Origin: a bacterium
Lineage (GTDB): Bacteria; Zhuqueibacterota; Zhuqueibacteria; Residuimicrobiales; Krinioviventaceae
DNA length: 64,000 nt
NCBI GenBank assembly: GCA_963674595.2
Contig: CAXXFV010000016.1
Location: forward strand, 672,001 to 736,000
Direction: 5' to 3'
This document shows, in pieces, positions 9,694-18,370 of this stretch. Within the stretch, counting starts at the first letter, position 1; each line of letters starts with the position of its first letter. A program made the translations under genes and the position numbers. The notes under the pieces were generated by a model. It did not search any database and had not been told where the DNA came from. It worked only from the letters and a program-made list of their open reading frames with translations.

Positions 9694-11097
9694 ATGGGCG
9701 GCATTTTTGGCGTTGTTAGTTCACAGGATTGTGTAACAGACTTGTTTTATGGAACAGATTACCATTCTCATCTTGGAACACAAAAAGGGGGGATGGCGGC
9801 ATTAAACGGTAAACGGTTTTCTCGTAGTATTCATAGCATAAAAAATATTCAATTTCGTTCCAAGTTTGAGGATGATCTTCCAAAATTGTCCGGTAATATG
9901 GGAATCGGGTGTATCAGCAATATGGAAGACCAACCGTTAATCATTGGTTCACATTTGGGAAATTATGCAATTATTTTTTCAGGAAAGATAAATAACGCAA
10001 AAGATCTGGGGCAAAAAGCATTAAAAAAATATAAAACACATTTTTCAGAATTGAGTACCGGAGAAATTAATCCTACTGAACTTTTAGCATCTCTAATCAA
10101 TCAGGAAAATACTTTTGCTGATGGAATTCGACGCGTTCAGGAATCCGTTGAAGGCTCTGCTTCCGTATTGCTGCTGACGGAGGAAGGTATCTATGCTGCT
10201 CGTGACCAATTTGGACGCTCACCTCTTTTAGTTGGAGAAAAGGAAAATGGCTATTGTGTTTCAGTGGAGTCTTGTGCGTTACCTAATTTGGGTTATCGAT
10301 TCAAATACGAGTTGGGTCCTGCGGAAATTGTTTTATTAACACCTGATGGAATTGAGATTAAGCAGCTGGCTGGTGATGAATTAAAAATTTGTTCTTTTAT
10401 GTGGATTTATTATGGTTTTCCGGCTTCTTCTTATGAAGGTAAAAATGTTGAAGCTGTTCGATATCGATGCGGGGCTGCTCTGGCCAAAGCGGATGGAATG
10501 ATGGATGTAGATATGGTGGGGGCCATTCCGGATTCCGGCACATCTCATGCTATTGGCTATGCCAATGAATCTGGCCTACCCTATTGTCGACCTTTTACAA
10601 AGTATACACCAACCTGGCCCAGAAGTTTTACGCCACGCGATCAGTCTGTTAGGAATTTGGTGGCACGAATGAAACTTGTTCCTATTCGTGAAATTATTCA
10701 GGGAAAACGAATTCTATTTTGTGACGATTCAATTGTAAGAGGGACCCAGCTTAAACAAACTATTCAAAGACTTTATGACAGCGGTGCCAGTGAACTGCAC
10801 ATGCGTCCGGCTTGCCCGCCTCTTATGTTTTTATGTAAATACCTGAATTTGACACGTTCAAAATCTGAAATGGATTTGGCGTGCCGTCAGGCCGTGAATG
10901 AACTGGAAGGACGGGATGAAATTCCTTTGGATGAATATGTTTCTTCTGATTCTGAAAAATACCATGAAATGATAGAACGTATAAAAACCCGTTTGAATTT
11001 ATCATCATTAAAATATCAAACTTTATCAGATATGGTCCTGGCAATTGGTCTTGATAAAAGAAAGTTATGTACTTATTGCTGGGATGGTTGTGAATAG
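9694..11097 (+). CDS. purF: Amidophosphoribosyltransferase, variant without the N-terminal nucleophilic Cys
   Basis: MGGIFG..., ARD.FGRSPL, PDSG, PRPP-binding LFCDDSIVRGT, RPACPP and C-terminal CTYC Fe-S-type cysteines. Confidence 0.9.
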   Translation: MGGIFGVVSSQDCVTDLFYGTDYHSHLGTQKGGMAALNGKRFSRSIHSIKNIQFRSKFEDDLPKLSGNMGIGCISNMEDQPLIIGSHLGNYAIIFSGKINNAKDLGQKALKKYKTHFSELSTGEINPTELLASLINQENTFADGIRRVQESVEGSASVLLLTEEGIYAARDQFGRSPLLVGEKENGYCVSVESCALPNLGYRFKYELGPAEIVLLTPDGIEIKQLAGDELKICSFMWIYYGFPASSYEGKNVEAVRYRCGAALAKADGMMDVDMVGAIPDSGTSHAIGYANESGLPYCRPFTKYTPTWPRSFTPRDQSVRNLVARMKLVPIREIIQGKRILFCDDSIVRGTQLKQTIQRLYDSGASELHMRPACPPLMFLCKYLNLTRSKSEMDLACRQAVNELEGRDEIPLDEYVSSDSEKYHEMIERIKTRLNLSSLKYQTLSDMVLAIGLDKRKLCTYCWDGCE

Positions 11098-11128
11098 TTA
11101 TTTATTTAAATTTGATGGAGAAATCAAC

Positions 11129-12205
11129 ATGTTGAGAAAAAAATATTTTATCGCTATTTGTGTTGTTTTCGCTTTATTGGTTTTTAGCGGAATTTATTCT
11201 GTTTACAGTCAAACAAACCCACATTGGAAGATTCACGATCTTTCACGTCCGAATCCCCCGATTATAACGCCGGGAACGTTCAGCACCCAGGATGCTGTTG
11301 GAAAAGCACCTTCTGATGCTATAATTTTGTTTGATGGTTCGGATTTATCTGCCTGGGTGTCTTCCTCTGACGGTAAAGAAGCAAAATGGAATATGGGTGA
11401 TGGTTTTTTTGAAACGGTCAAGGGGACGGGTTCCATTCAAACGAAACAGGCTTTTGGTGATTGTCAGTTGCACATTGAATGGGCAGCGCCTGTTCCGCCA
11501 AAGGGTAAAGGGCAGGGAAGAGGCAACAGCGGAGTATATTTGATGAGCAAATATGAAGTTCAGGTTTTGGATTGTTACGAAAACACAACCTATGCCGACG
11601 GTCAAACAGCCGCATTATACGGTCAATATCCACCCCTGGTAAACGCTTGTCTGCCTCCCGGAATGTGGCAGGTATATGATATTGTTTTTCATGCTCCTCG
11701 ATTTTGTAAAGATGGAAAATTGTTAAAACCGGCCCGAATAACCGTCTTTCATAATGGTGTTTTGGTTCAGGATCATGTTGAATTAAAAGGACCGACAGAC
11801 TGGATGAACAAGTTGGATTATTCTGTCCACCCGGATAAGCTGCCTATTATGTTGCAGGACCATTCAAATCCGGTTCGATATAGAAATATCTGGATTCGTG
11901 AACTACCCAATCCGGCTGATTTTGCTAATGAACCAAAAGAAGTATATTTGATACCAAAACAAAAAGAAAAATATCTTGGCGATTATGAAATCAATAAAAA
12001 TCATATTATGAATATATCAATGGAAAATGATCAACTTTATATTCGTTTGTCTAAAACAAAATGGCCTTTATATTCTTCAAGTGAAACAGAGTTTTTTTTA
12101 AAGGATGTTGATGTTCAGGTGGGGTTTGATATAGATAAAGATGGAACTGTAACATCACTTACTTTTCGTCATGGTGACAGTAAAAGTGAGGCGAAAAAAA
12201 TTTAA
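11129..12205 (+). CDS. Secreted DUF1080 (3-keto-glycoside hydratase-like) protein with a C-terminal DUF3471-like domain
   Basis: Signal peptide, APSDAIILFDG, FGDCQLHIEW, GRGNSG, YEVQVLD, LQDH.NPVRYRNIWIREL, plus about 80 extra residues (KYLGDY...SETEFF). ATG at 11129 after GGAG. Confidence 0.85.
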   Translation: MLRKKYFIAICVVFALLVFSGIYSVYSQTNPHWKIHDLSRPNPPIITPGTFSTQDAVGKAPSDAIILFDGSDLSAWVSSSDGKEAKWNMGDGFFETVKGTGSIQTKQAFGDCQLHIEWAAPVPPKGKGQGRGNSGVYLMSKYEVQVLDCYENTTYADGQTAALYGQYPPLVNACLPPGMWQVYDIVFHAPRFCKDGKLLKPARITVFHNGVLVQDHVELKGPTDWMNKLDYSVHPDKLPIMLQDHSNPVRYRNIWIRELPNPADFANEPKEVYLIPKQKEKYLGDYEINKNHIMNISMENDQLYIRLSKTKWPLYSSSETEFFLKDVDVQVGFDIDKDGTVTSLTFRHGDSKSEAKKI

Positions 12206-12209
12206 TAAT

Positions 12210-12240
12210 AAAAAAGCCCGGAAAACTCCGGGCTTTTTTT
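12210..12240. terminator. Bidirectional intrinsic terminator
   Basis: aaaaaagcccgga-aaac-tccgggcttttttt between convergent genes. Confidence 0.9.
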
Positions 12241-13582
12241 ATCGTTGAGAAAGGGATAAATATTTTTGTGGCTTTGCCACGTTTTTGTAGGCTGGCCGGA
12301 TAATTCGTTTACCATTTACAAGTTCTTCAATCCTGTGGGCAGACCAGCCGACCACGCGCGACATGGCAAACAGCGGCGTGTAAATTTCCTGGGGAAAACC
12401 CAAAAGATCATAAACAAAACCGGAATAAAAATCAACATTTGGCGAAATAACTTTGGTGGAATTCTTTTTTTGTTGGAATAGTGAAGGCGTAAGTTTTTCG
12501 AGATTGATATATAAATTATACTCGTCCAGTCGGCCCTTTTCTTTTGCCAGTTCCCGGGCTTTTTCTTTTAGAATAATGGCCCTGGGATCTGATTTTGTAT
12601 ATACGGCATGGCCCATTCCATAAACAAGACCAGTACCATCATGAGCTTTTTGGTTTAGTATTTTTTGAATATATGCTGTTATTTCATCTTCATCAGCCCA
12701 GTCTTTGACATTTTCTTTAATATTTGTCATCATTTTCATAACATTGGAATTAGCTGCTCCGTGTAAAGGACCTTTTAACGAACCTACTGCTGCGGAAATG
12801 GCAGAGTATGTATCTGTTTGACTGGATGTTACAACATGGGTGGTGAATGCCGAATTATTTCCACCGCCGTGCTCAGCATGTAAAATAAGTGCCAAATCCA
12901 GTAAATCTGCCTCCAGTTTTGTGTACTTGTTGTCCGGTCGAAGCATGTATAAAAAGTTTTCCGCGCAGCATAATTCCGGATTAGGGGGATGCACAAAAAG
13001 GGATTCTGAAAATAATTTATGACGCATGGCCTGGTATGAATAGGCAATAATCGACGGGAATTTTGCAATCAGGTTTAAACATTGCCGGATTACATTTGGA
13101 ATAGACGTATCATCCGGATTAGGGTCCAGACCATAAAGTACAAGGATAACTCTTTGCAGTTTGTTCATTACACTCGGACTTGGAAATTGCAGAATAGACG
13201 TTTCGTTTAATCCCGGTGGTAAAGATATCATCGGACGGATAAAATCTTTAAACTCTTCCAGTTGTTTTTCTGATGGCAGTTTTCCGAATAGTAATAAATA
13301 CGTTACCTCTGGAAATCCATGCCGCTCTTCATTTTGGATACCGCTAACGAGTTCTGTGATGGGAATGCCCCGGTAATAAAGCTCTCCGTCGACGGGAACT
13401 ACTTCTTCGTCTACAATTTTAAATCCAACAACACTAGAGATTTTTGTTAACCCAACCAACACACCGGAACCATCATCATTTCTAAGACCGCGTTTTACTG
13501 AAAATTTTGTGTATAAATCACGATCAATTTCTGTTGATTTTACTAAATCATCTGCAATACCTGCAACAAAATCATTTTCCAT
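12239..13582 (-). CDS. gltA: Citrate / 2-methylcitrate synthase
   Basis: LHAEHGGGNNS, GPLHG.AN, YGMGHAVY..SDPR, NVDFYSG, SR.VGWSAHR.EE, IIRP. Citrate versus methylcitrate specificity cannot be resolved by eye. Confidence 0.9.
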   Translation of the reverse strand: MENDFVAGIADDLVKSTEIDRDLYTKFSVKRGLRNDDGSGVLVGLTKISSVVGFKIVDEEVVPVDGELYYRGIPITELVSGIQNEERHGFPEVTYLLLFGKLPSEKQLEEFKDFIRPMISLPPGLNETSILQFPSPSVMNKLQRVILVLYGLDPNPDDTSIPNVIRQCLNLIAKFPSIIAYSYQAMRHKLFSESLFVHPPNPELCCAENFLYMLRPDNKYTKLEADLLDLALILHAEHGGGNNSAFTTHVVTSSQTDTYSAISAAVGSLKGPLHGAANSNVMKMMTNIKENVKDWADEDEITAYIQKILNQKAHDGTGLVYGMGHAVYTKSDPRAIILKEKARELAKEKGRLDEYNLYINLEKLTPSLFQQKKNSTKVISPNVDFYSGFVYDLLGFPQEIYTPLFAMSRVVGWSAHRIEELVNGKRIIRPAYKNVAKPQKYLSLSQR

Positions 13583-13732
13583 ATAGCCTCCTGTTAATAT
13601 AAACAGATTATGTTTTTTTAAGAAAACATTAAAGCACGCTAACCTATTTCAATAATATTTATAATATTTAAAAGATGACGGAAATTGTGGGTTGGATAAA
13701 CATTCTTTGGAGGGCTTGTTGGAAGGTATATA

Positions 13733-13767
13733 TAAAAAAAGGAATGACTTGGTCATTCCTTTTTTTA
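13733..13767. terminator. Intrinsic terminator downstream of ferritin (symmetric)
   Basis: aaaaaaaggaatgac-ttg-gtcattccttttttt perfect stem with A and T tails. Confidence 0.88.
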
Positions 13768-13774
13768 TCGAGAT

Positions 13775-14260
13775 TTAACGTTGCCCTAAAACATTGTCGA
13801 GCATAAGTAATGCCTGCCCTGATTTACCGGCAAGTTTAAGTTTGGCCAGAATGGAATCCATAGAGGCCTCTTCTTCAACCTGTTCGGTGACGAACCAATC
13901 CAGAAATGTTTTGGTCGCATAATCATTTTCTTTTATGGCCAGAGAAACAAGGTCGTTTATACTTGAAGTGACATATTTTTCATGTTCCAGAGCTAATGCA
14001 AAAAGTTCTTCTACACTTGCAAAGTCAGTTTTTGGTTTTTCGATAGCTTCCAATATAACAGCATTTCCTCGTTCATTTACATAACCATAAATTTTCATTG
14101 CATGACCCAATTCTTCCTGGGCCTGTTTTTTGAAAAATGAGGCTACGCCGCCAAAATTTTCATTTTCAGCCCATGCAGCCATTGAAAAATAATAATAGGC
14201 AGAAAAAGTCTCTTTATTTATTTGTGCATTTAGTTCTTTTGCCATTTTTTTCGATAACAT
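13775..14260 (-). CDS. ftnA: Non-heme ferritin
   Basis: LNAQINKE..SAY.Y, Q..EE.GHA, ALEHE..V, FLDWFV.EQVEEE ferroxidase centre. ATG at 14260 after AAGGAG. Confidence 0.95.
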   Translation of the reverse strand: MLSKKMAKELNAQINKETFSAYYYFSMAAWAENENFGGVASFFKKQAQEELGHAMKIYGYVNERGNAVILEAIEKPKTDFASVEELFALALEHEKYVTSSINDLVSLAIKENDYATKTFLDWFVTEQVEEEASMDSILAKLKLAGKSGQALLMLDNVLGQR

Positions 14261-14389
14261 TTTTATCTCCTTAAAATATAATGTGTTTACTAGAATATTC
14301 GTTATTTGCAATCTTGAATATCACAAATCGTACAGTAATACTGTAACAAATTTTTTTCAAATAAATTTCAATAAACTATTTTAAAGAGA

Positions 14390-15328
14390 TTATTTATTAA
14401 GGGGTGAGATTTCTGTCAAGGTTCGGTAATATTTGCTGAATTGGTGTGCATTAACACCAGGTCCCATAGCAATGATTTCTGTCGGACCTGAGTAATTATC
14501 TACAGGAATGATATCGGTTTTGCCAAAACACGATTGAACGACAACAGTTGTTTCATCGGTTAAATTGATGAATCCCTTGAGCCGGTAGGTTACCGTTTGT
14601 TGTTCATCTAGTAATTTTTTTAAATTGTCCCTGGAAATTTTTTTAGTCGTTCTGACAACGGCAGACCCCAAATCCGGACGACCACTGTTTTCAAACGTTT
14701 CCAATTCTTTGGAACGCTGCAAAGCCACCGGTGTTTTTGCGTCATCCGGTAGCAGATCGGATTTAATGTTGCAATATTGCGTTTCCAAAATATCGGCAAA
14801 AGGATTGAGCGTTTTAATATACCCTTTAACATTTTCAATGTTTTCTGCTGCCAGGTCGGTTTTGTTAATAAGGACGGTATCGGCAACGCGAATCTGGTGC
14901 GATACCCGTGTTATGGATTTTGCTTTTTCAAAATTTGCGGCATCAACAATTGTCCAGATATGCGAAAGGTACAGTTGTTCAAGTTCCGGCGCTTCCAGTA
15001 ACTGAGCAATTGCAACAGGATCAGAAAGACCGGATGCTTCCAAAATGACAGCATCCGGTTTTGTTGTTTCTACAAGATCATACAGTGCTTTTTTAAAATC
15101 AGCTATCAGACAAACACAAAAAACCGAACCACGGTTGATTTCCAGTATTTCAAATGATTTCCCCATGGCCCGCAGTTCTTTTCCATCGATATTTGCCGGG
15201 GCAAAGTCGTTTTGTATGACAGCCAACCGTTTTTTATCAGCGTATTGATGGATGATTTTTTTTAACAGTGTTGTCTTGCCGCTTCCTAAAAAACCTGTTA
15301 AAAGATAAAATGGAATTTTTTTATCCAA
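14390..15328 (-). CDS. CobW/COG0523 G3E-family GTPase (metallochaperone-like)
   Basis: TGFLGSGKTT, QNDF, GSVFCVC, EASGL.DP, NKTD, R.KG C-terminal domain. Overlaps the upstream gene by 8 bp. Confidence 0.9.
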   Translation of the reverse strand: MDKKIPFYLLTGFLGSGKTTLLKKIIHQYADKKRLAVIQNDFAPANIDGKELRAMGKSFEILEINRGSVFCVCLIADFKKALYDLVETTKPDAVILEASGLSDPVAIAQLLEAPELEQLYLSHIWTIVDAANFEKAKSITRVSHQIRVADTVLINKTDLAAENIENVKGYIKTLNPFADILETQYCNIKSDLLPDDAKTPVALQRSKELETFENSGRPDLGSAVVRTTKKISRDNLKKLLDEQQTVTYRLKGFINLTDETTVVVQSCFGKTDIIPVDNYSGPTEIIAMGPGVNAHQFSKYYRTLTEISPLNK

Positions 15329-16943
15329 TGTCCTTGATCCATTCTTTAATAATAGCTACAGACGGGATGCTTCCTTCAGATTTTAATTTGTATTCTGCAA
15401 CAACAACGGCGGGTGTTGTATGAATACCATAAGACAGGATTTTTTCTTCGTCTGTAACATGTTGAATTGTAACGTCTGCGCCCAGTTCGTGAATAGCCAA
15501 TTCCACATGGGGATGAAGTTGCTGACATTCTTGCTCTGTTTTTCCCAAAATAAATATTGTACCTTTTTGTGTACGAATTTTATATTTCAATTTTTCATAA
15601 ATTCGTTTTTGGATTGCCGCTATCAACTCTTCTTTCGGGGGTATACGGGAAACAAAAGTAATATGCCCGTCAATACAAATAGTAGGAATGTTTTTGACCA
15701 TTAGCGAATTCATAAACCGGACAGATTCCCGGTATTTTATTTTATGCTCCCGCCAGGTTACCACACCTTCAAAAATTTCAACAGCTTTTTTAACTGCTTC
15801 AACGGAATACTGACAAGGTGCGCAGGATTCGGAATCCAGTGTAATAATATCGACAATAATTTTGTCTGATTTACCATATTCGCTCATGTCCAGAATATCT
15901 TCATCCTTGTCCGTAGTGGTAATCGTACGTATAACATCCTGTTGATACGGATCATGCACTAATTCCGTTACGGCTTTTAAATTTTCAGGTGGTGTGGCAA
16001 AGGGTAAATCACACCCGGGGGCCAGAATAAAGCCTGTATCTCCACCAATATCCATACAATCTATTGCGTTTAACTGGCATTCTTGCGTTGTGCCCATAAG
16101 AAGAACAACCGTCAGTTGCAGGTTTCCGCCAAAGCTGATATTATGTTTCAGGCAGATATCACGTACATAATCCAATGGTATGTTTTCATCGACAGAAACA
16201 TTGTTTGGGCCGCATTCGCACATCACTTCAATGTTTTGTTGTGCCTGTCCGCAAACAAAAAATGATCCTAATTTCCCTTTGCTTTTAATATGGCTGAATA
16301 CTGTTGAAGCGGCAGGAGTGACAAATTGTTTAAATTGTTCCGGTCCGATCTGGCTGGTCATCGGGTCGACAACGGCAATAATGTCACATCCGGCATCAAT
16401 ATAATAATCGGACATTGCAATACAGACATCCTGACAAAATTTCATAAGATCAAAAAGTTCATTGTCGTTATCAAACATTTTCATAAATAATTCAGTTCCC
16501 AGCAGGTGTAATGCCAGGGTGAAAGGGCCTGTAATTAAACCATAGAGTGCAAGGTCCGGGTACATTTTTCGCAGTTGTTTTGCAGCATTAATACCGATTG
16601 GAATTCGGCCTTCAGTTGGTTTTGGAACATGCAAATCTTTTAATTGTTTTCCCTCTGTTAAGGGATGCGAGATCACGGCGGGAGGATTTTCATCAGCCCA
16701 TTGAAGCTTGCAGCCAAGCGCTTCGGCTTCAATTTGTAAATCAAATATTACCGGGAGACCATCCGGATTATATTGTTTAATTGCTTCTGTTACGCCTGCT
16801 ATAATATTTTTTTCTGATTGCAGGTATTCTGTTGCCGATAAGCCGACAAGTGATCCGCCATGACAACCTACAAACGGCACCCAGGGAATTCTTTGTACTT
16901 TTTTCCCTTGTATTGCCGTAGTAACTAATTCTTTACCGGTCAT
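15321..16943 (-). CDS. UroD/MtaA-CmuA-family (MT2-like) protein fused to two C-terminal thioredoxin-fold domains
   Basis: RIPWVP, FDLQIEAEALG, GPFTLA, VDP, FVCG, GGN, FILAPGCD (UroD/MT2 barrel); then DSESCAPCQY (CxxC) and an MTH895-like domain (SYGIHTTPAVVV...EWIK). Confidence 0.82.
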   Translation of the reverse strand: MTGKELVTTAIQGKKVQRIPWVPFVGCHGGSLVGLSATEYLQSEKNIIAGVTEAIKQYNPDGLPVIFDLQIEAEALGCKLQWADENPPAVISHPLTEGKQLKDLHVPKPTEGRIPIGINAAKQLRKMYPDLALYGLITGPFTLALHLLGTELFMKMFDNDNELFDLMKFCQDVCIAMSDYYIDAGCDIIAVVDPMTSQIGPEQFKQFVTPAASTVFSHIKSKGKLGSFFVCGQAQQNIEVMCECGPNNVSVDENIPLDYVRDICLKHNISFGGNLQLTVVLLMGTTQECQLNAIDCMDIGGDTGFILAPGCDLPFATPPENLKAVTELVHDPYQQDVIRTITTTDKDEDILDMSEYGKSDKIIVDIITLDSESCAPCQYSVEAVKKAVEIFEGVVTWREHKIKYRESVRFMNSLMVKNIPTICIDGHITFVSRIPPKEELIAAIQKRIYEKLKYKIRTQKGTIFILGKTEQECQQLHPHVELAIHELGADVTIQHVTDEEKILSYGIHTTPAVVVAEYKLKSEGSIPSVAIIKEWIKDIG

Positions 16944-17149
16944 ATATTTCCTTTACTTGTTTTGCATAATGGGAGTTTAGGCACTGTAAACATTTTAGAT
17001 CAAGTAATAAATATAGCAAAGTATTCATCGATTTTCAAGATTATAATCTCGTGTATGTTAACTTTGATGCAAAAACAGTTGAAGCTTTCTTTTGATTATT
17101 CTATATTACAAAAAGTGTTTTTATTTTTGTAAGAGGCGAGGATATATTT

Positions 17150-18370
17150 GTGGAAAAGCTGAAAAATATTTTCAAGACCATAGGTCCCGGTTTTATTATA
17201 GCATCCGTTGTTTTGGGCCCGGGAAGTATTGCCACATCTTCAAAAATTGGTGCGGCGCATGGATATAGTCTATTATGGGTCCTTGTTTTTGCTGCGATAG
17301 GAATGGGGATTTATACAACAATGTCAGCCCGTTTTGGGGTAACACATGATCGTTCTATTTTAAACACGATTGCCGATACCTATGGCCGCTGGTTTTCAAT
17401 TTTAATTGGAATTTCTGCCTTTTTAGCTGCCACCAGTTTTCAGTTTGGTAATAATATTGGTGTCGCCACCGCACTAAACGCTTTAACCGGTGTTCCGGAG
17501 CCCGTATGGCCCCTGATTTTTACTCCATTTGCTATCATTTTGGTTTTTTGGGCAAAAAATTTGTTCAAAGTTTTAGAAAAAATGATGATGATACTCGTCA
17601 TGATTATGATTTTGGCTTTTTTAATAAATCTTGTTTTTGCCAAACCGGATTTAGGTGCTGCTGCCAAGGGCCTGGTTCCTTTTTCATGGCCTGAAAATGC
17701 TCTCAATGAGCTTGCTGCGTTGGTGGCTACAACATTTGTTCTGCATGCTTGTTTGTATCAATCTTATCTGGTACAAAATAAAGGATGGAAAATTGCCGAC
17801 TTGAAAAAGGGCGTGCGTGATTCTGTTTCCGGTATTGTTATGCTTGCAGGAATTACAACCCTGGTCATTATGACCTCTGCTGCTGCTCTTCATCCAAAGG
17901 GCATTATGGTCAGGTCTGCGGCTGATATGGCCATACAGTTGGAGGCCCTTTTTGGCGTGTTTGCAAAATACATTTTCAGCATTGGACTTTGGTCTGCCGC
18001 TTTTTCTTCGCTTGTTGTAAATTCGATAATGGGCGGTGGATTGTTGGCAGATGGTTTTGGATTGGGGCGAACCATGCAGGACAAGGCCCCGAAAGCTTTC
18101 ACCGTATTATCTATGCTTATTGGAATGATTATAGCCGTGTTTTTTCGCGGTGATATTGTTTATGCGTTGATTTTGGCACAGGCTTCGTCTCTTTTAGCTG
18201 TACCGGCAATCGGAATTGGATTGTTTTTGCTGCTTAATAATAAAAAGGTGATGGGGAAATATGCCAATTCATGGTGGCATAATCTGTTGGCGATATTAGG
18301 CCTTTTATTGATAATGATTATGGTTTACCGGATGTATCATTTTTTAATTACGTCACTATCAAATTTATAA
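17150..18370 (+). CDS. Nramp-family (YcsG-like) divalent metal / solute transporter
   Basis: IGPGFIIASVVLGPGSIAT..GA.HGYSLLW, FQFGN, AAFSS, about 11 TM segments. Has GPGS where canonical MntH has DPGN. Confidence 0.8.
   Translation: MEKLKNIFKTIGPGFIIASVVLGPGSIATSSKIGAAHGYSLLWVLVFAAIGMGIYTTMSARFGVTHDRSILNTIADTYGRWFSILIGISAFLAATSFQFGNNIGVATALNALTGVPEPVWPLIFTPFAIILVFWAKNLFKVLEKMMMILVMIMILAFLINLVFAKPDLGAAAKGLVPFSWPENALNELAALVATTFVLHACLYQSYLVQNKGWKIADLKKGVRDSVSGIVMLAGITTLVIMTSAAALHPKGIMVRSAADMAIQLEALFGVFAKYIFSIGLWSAAFSSLVVNSIMGGGLLADGFGLGRTMQDKAPKAFTVLSMLIGMIIAVFFRGDIVYALILAQASSLLAVPAIGIGLFLLLNNKKVMGKYANSWWHNLLAILGLLLIMIMVYRMYHFLITSLSNL

Noticed and set aside
16975-16991. GTTTAGGCACTGTAAAC as an MntR/DtxR box for the Nramp-like gene
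   Set aside because: Only a 5-bp palindromic arm, imperfect spacing, about 160 bp from the start, and the transporter lacks the MntH DPGN motif.
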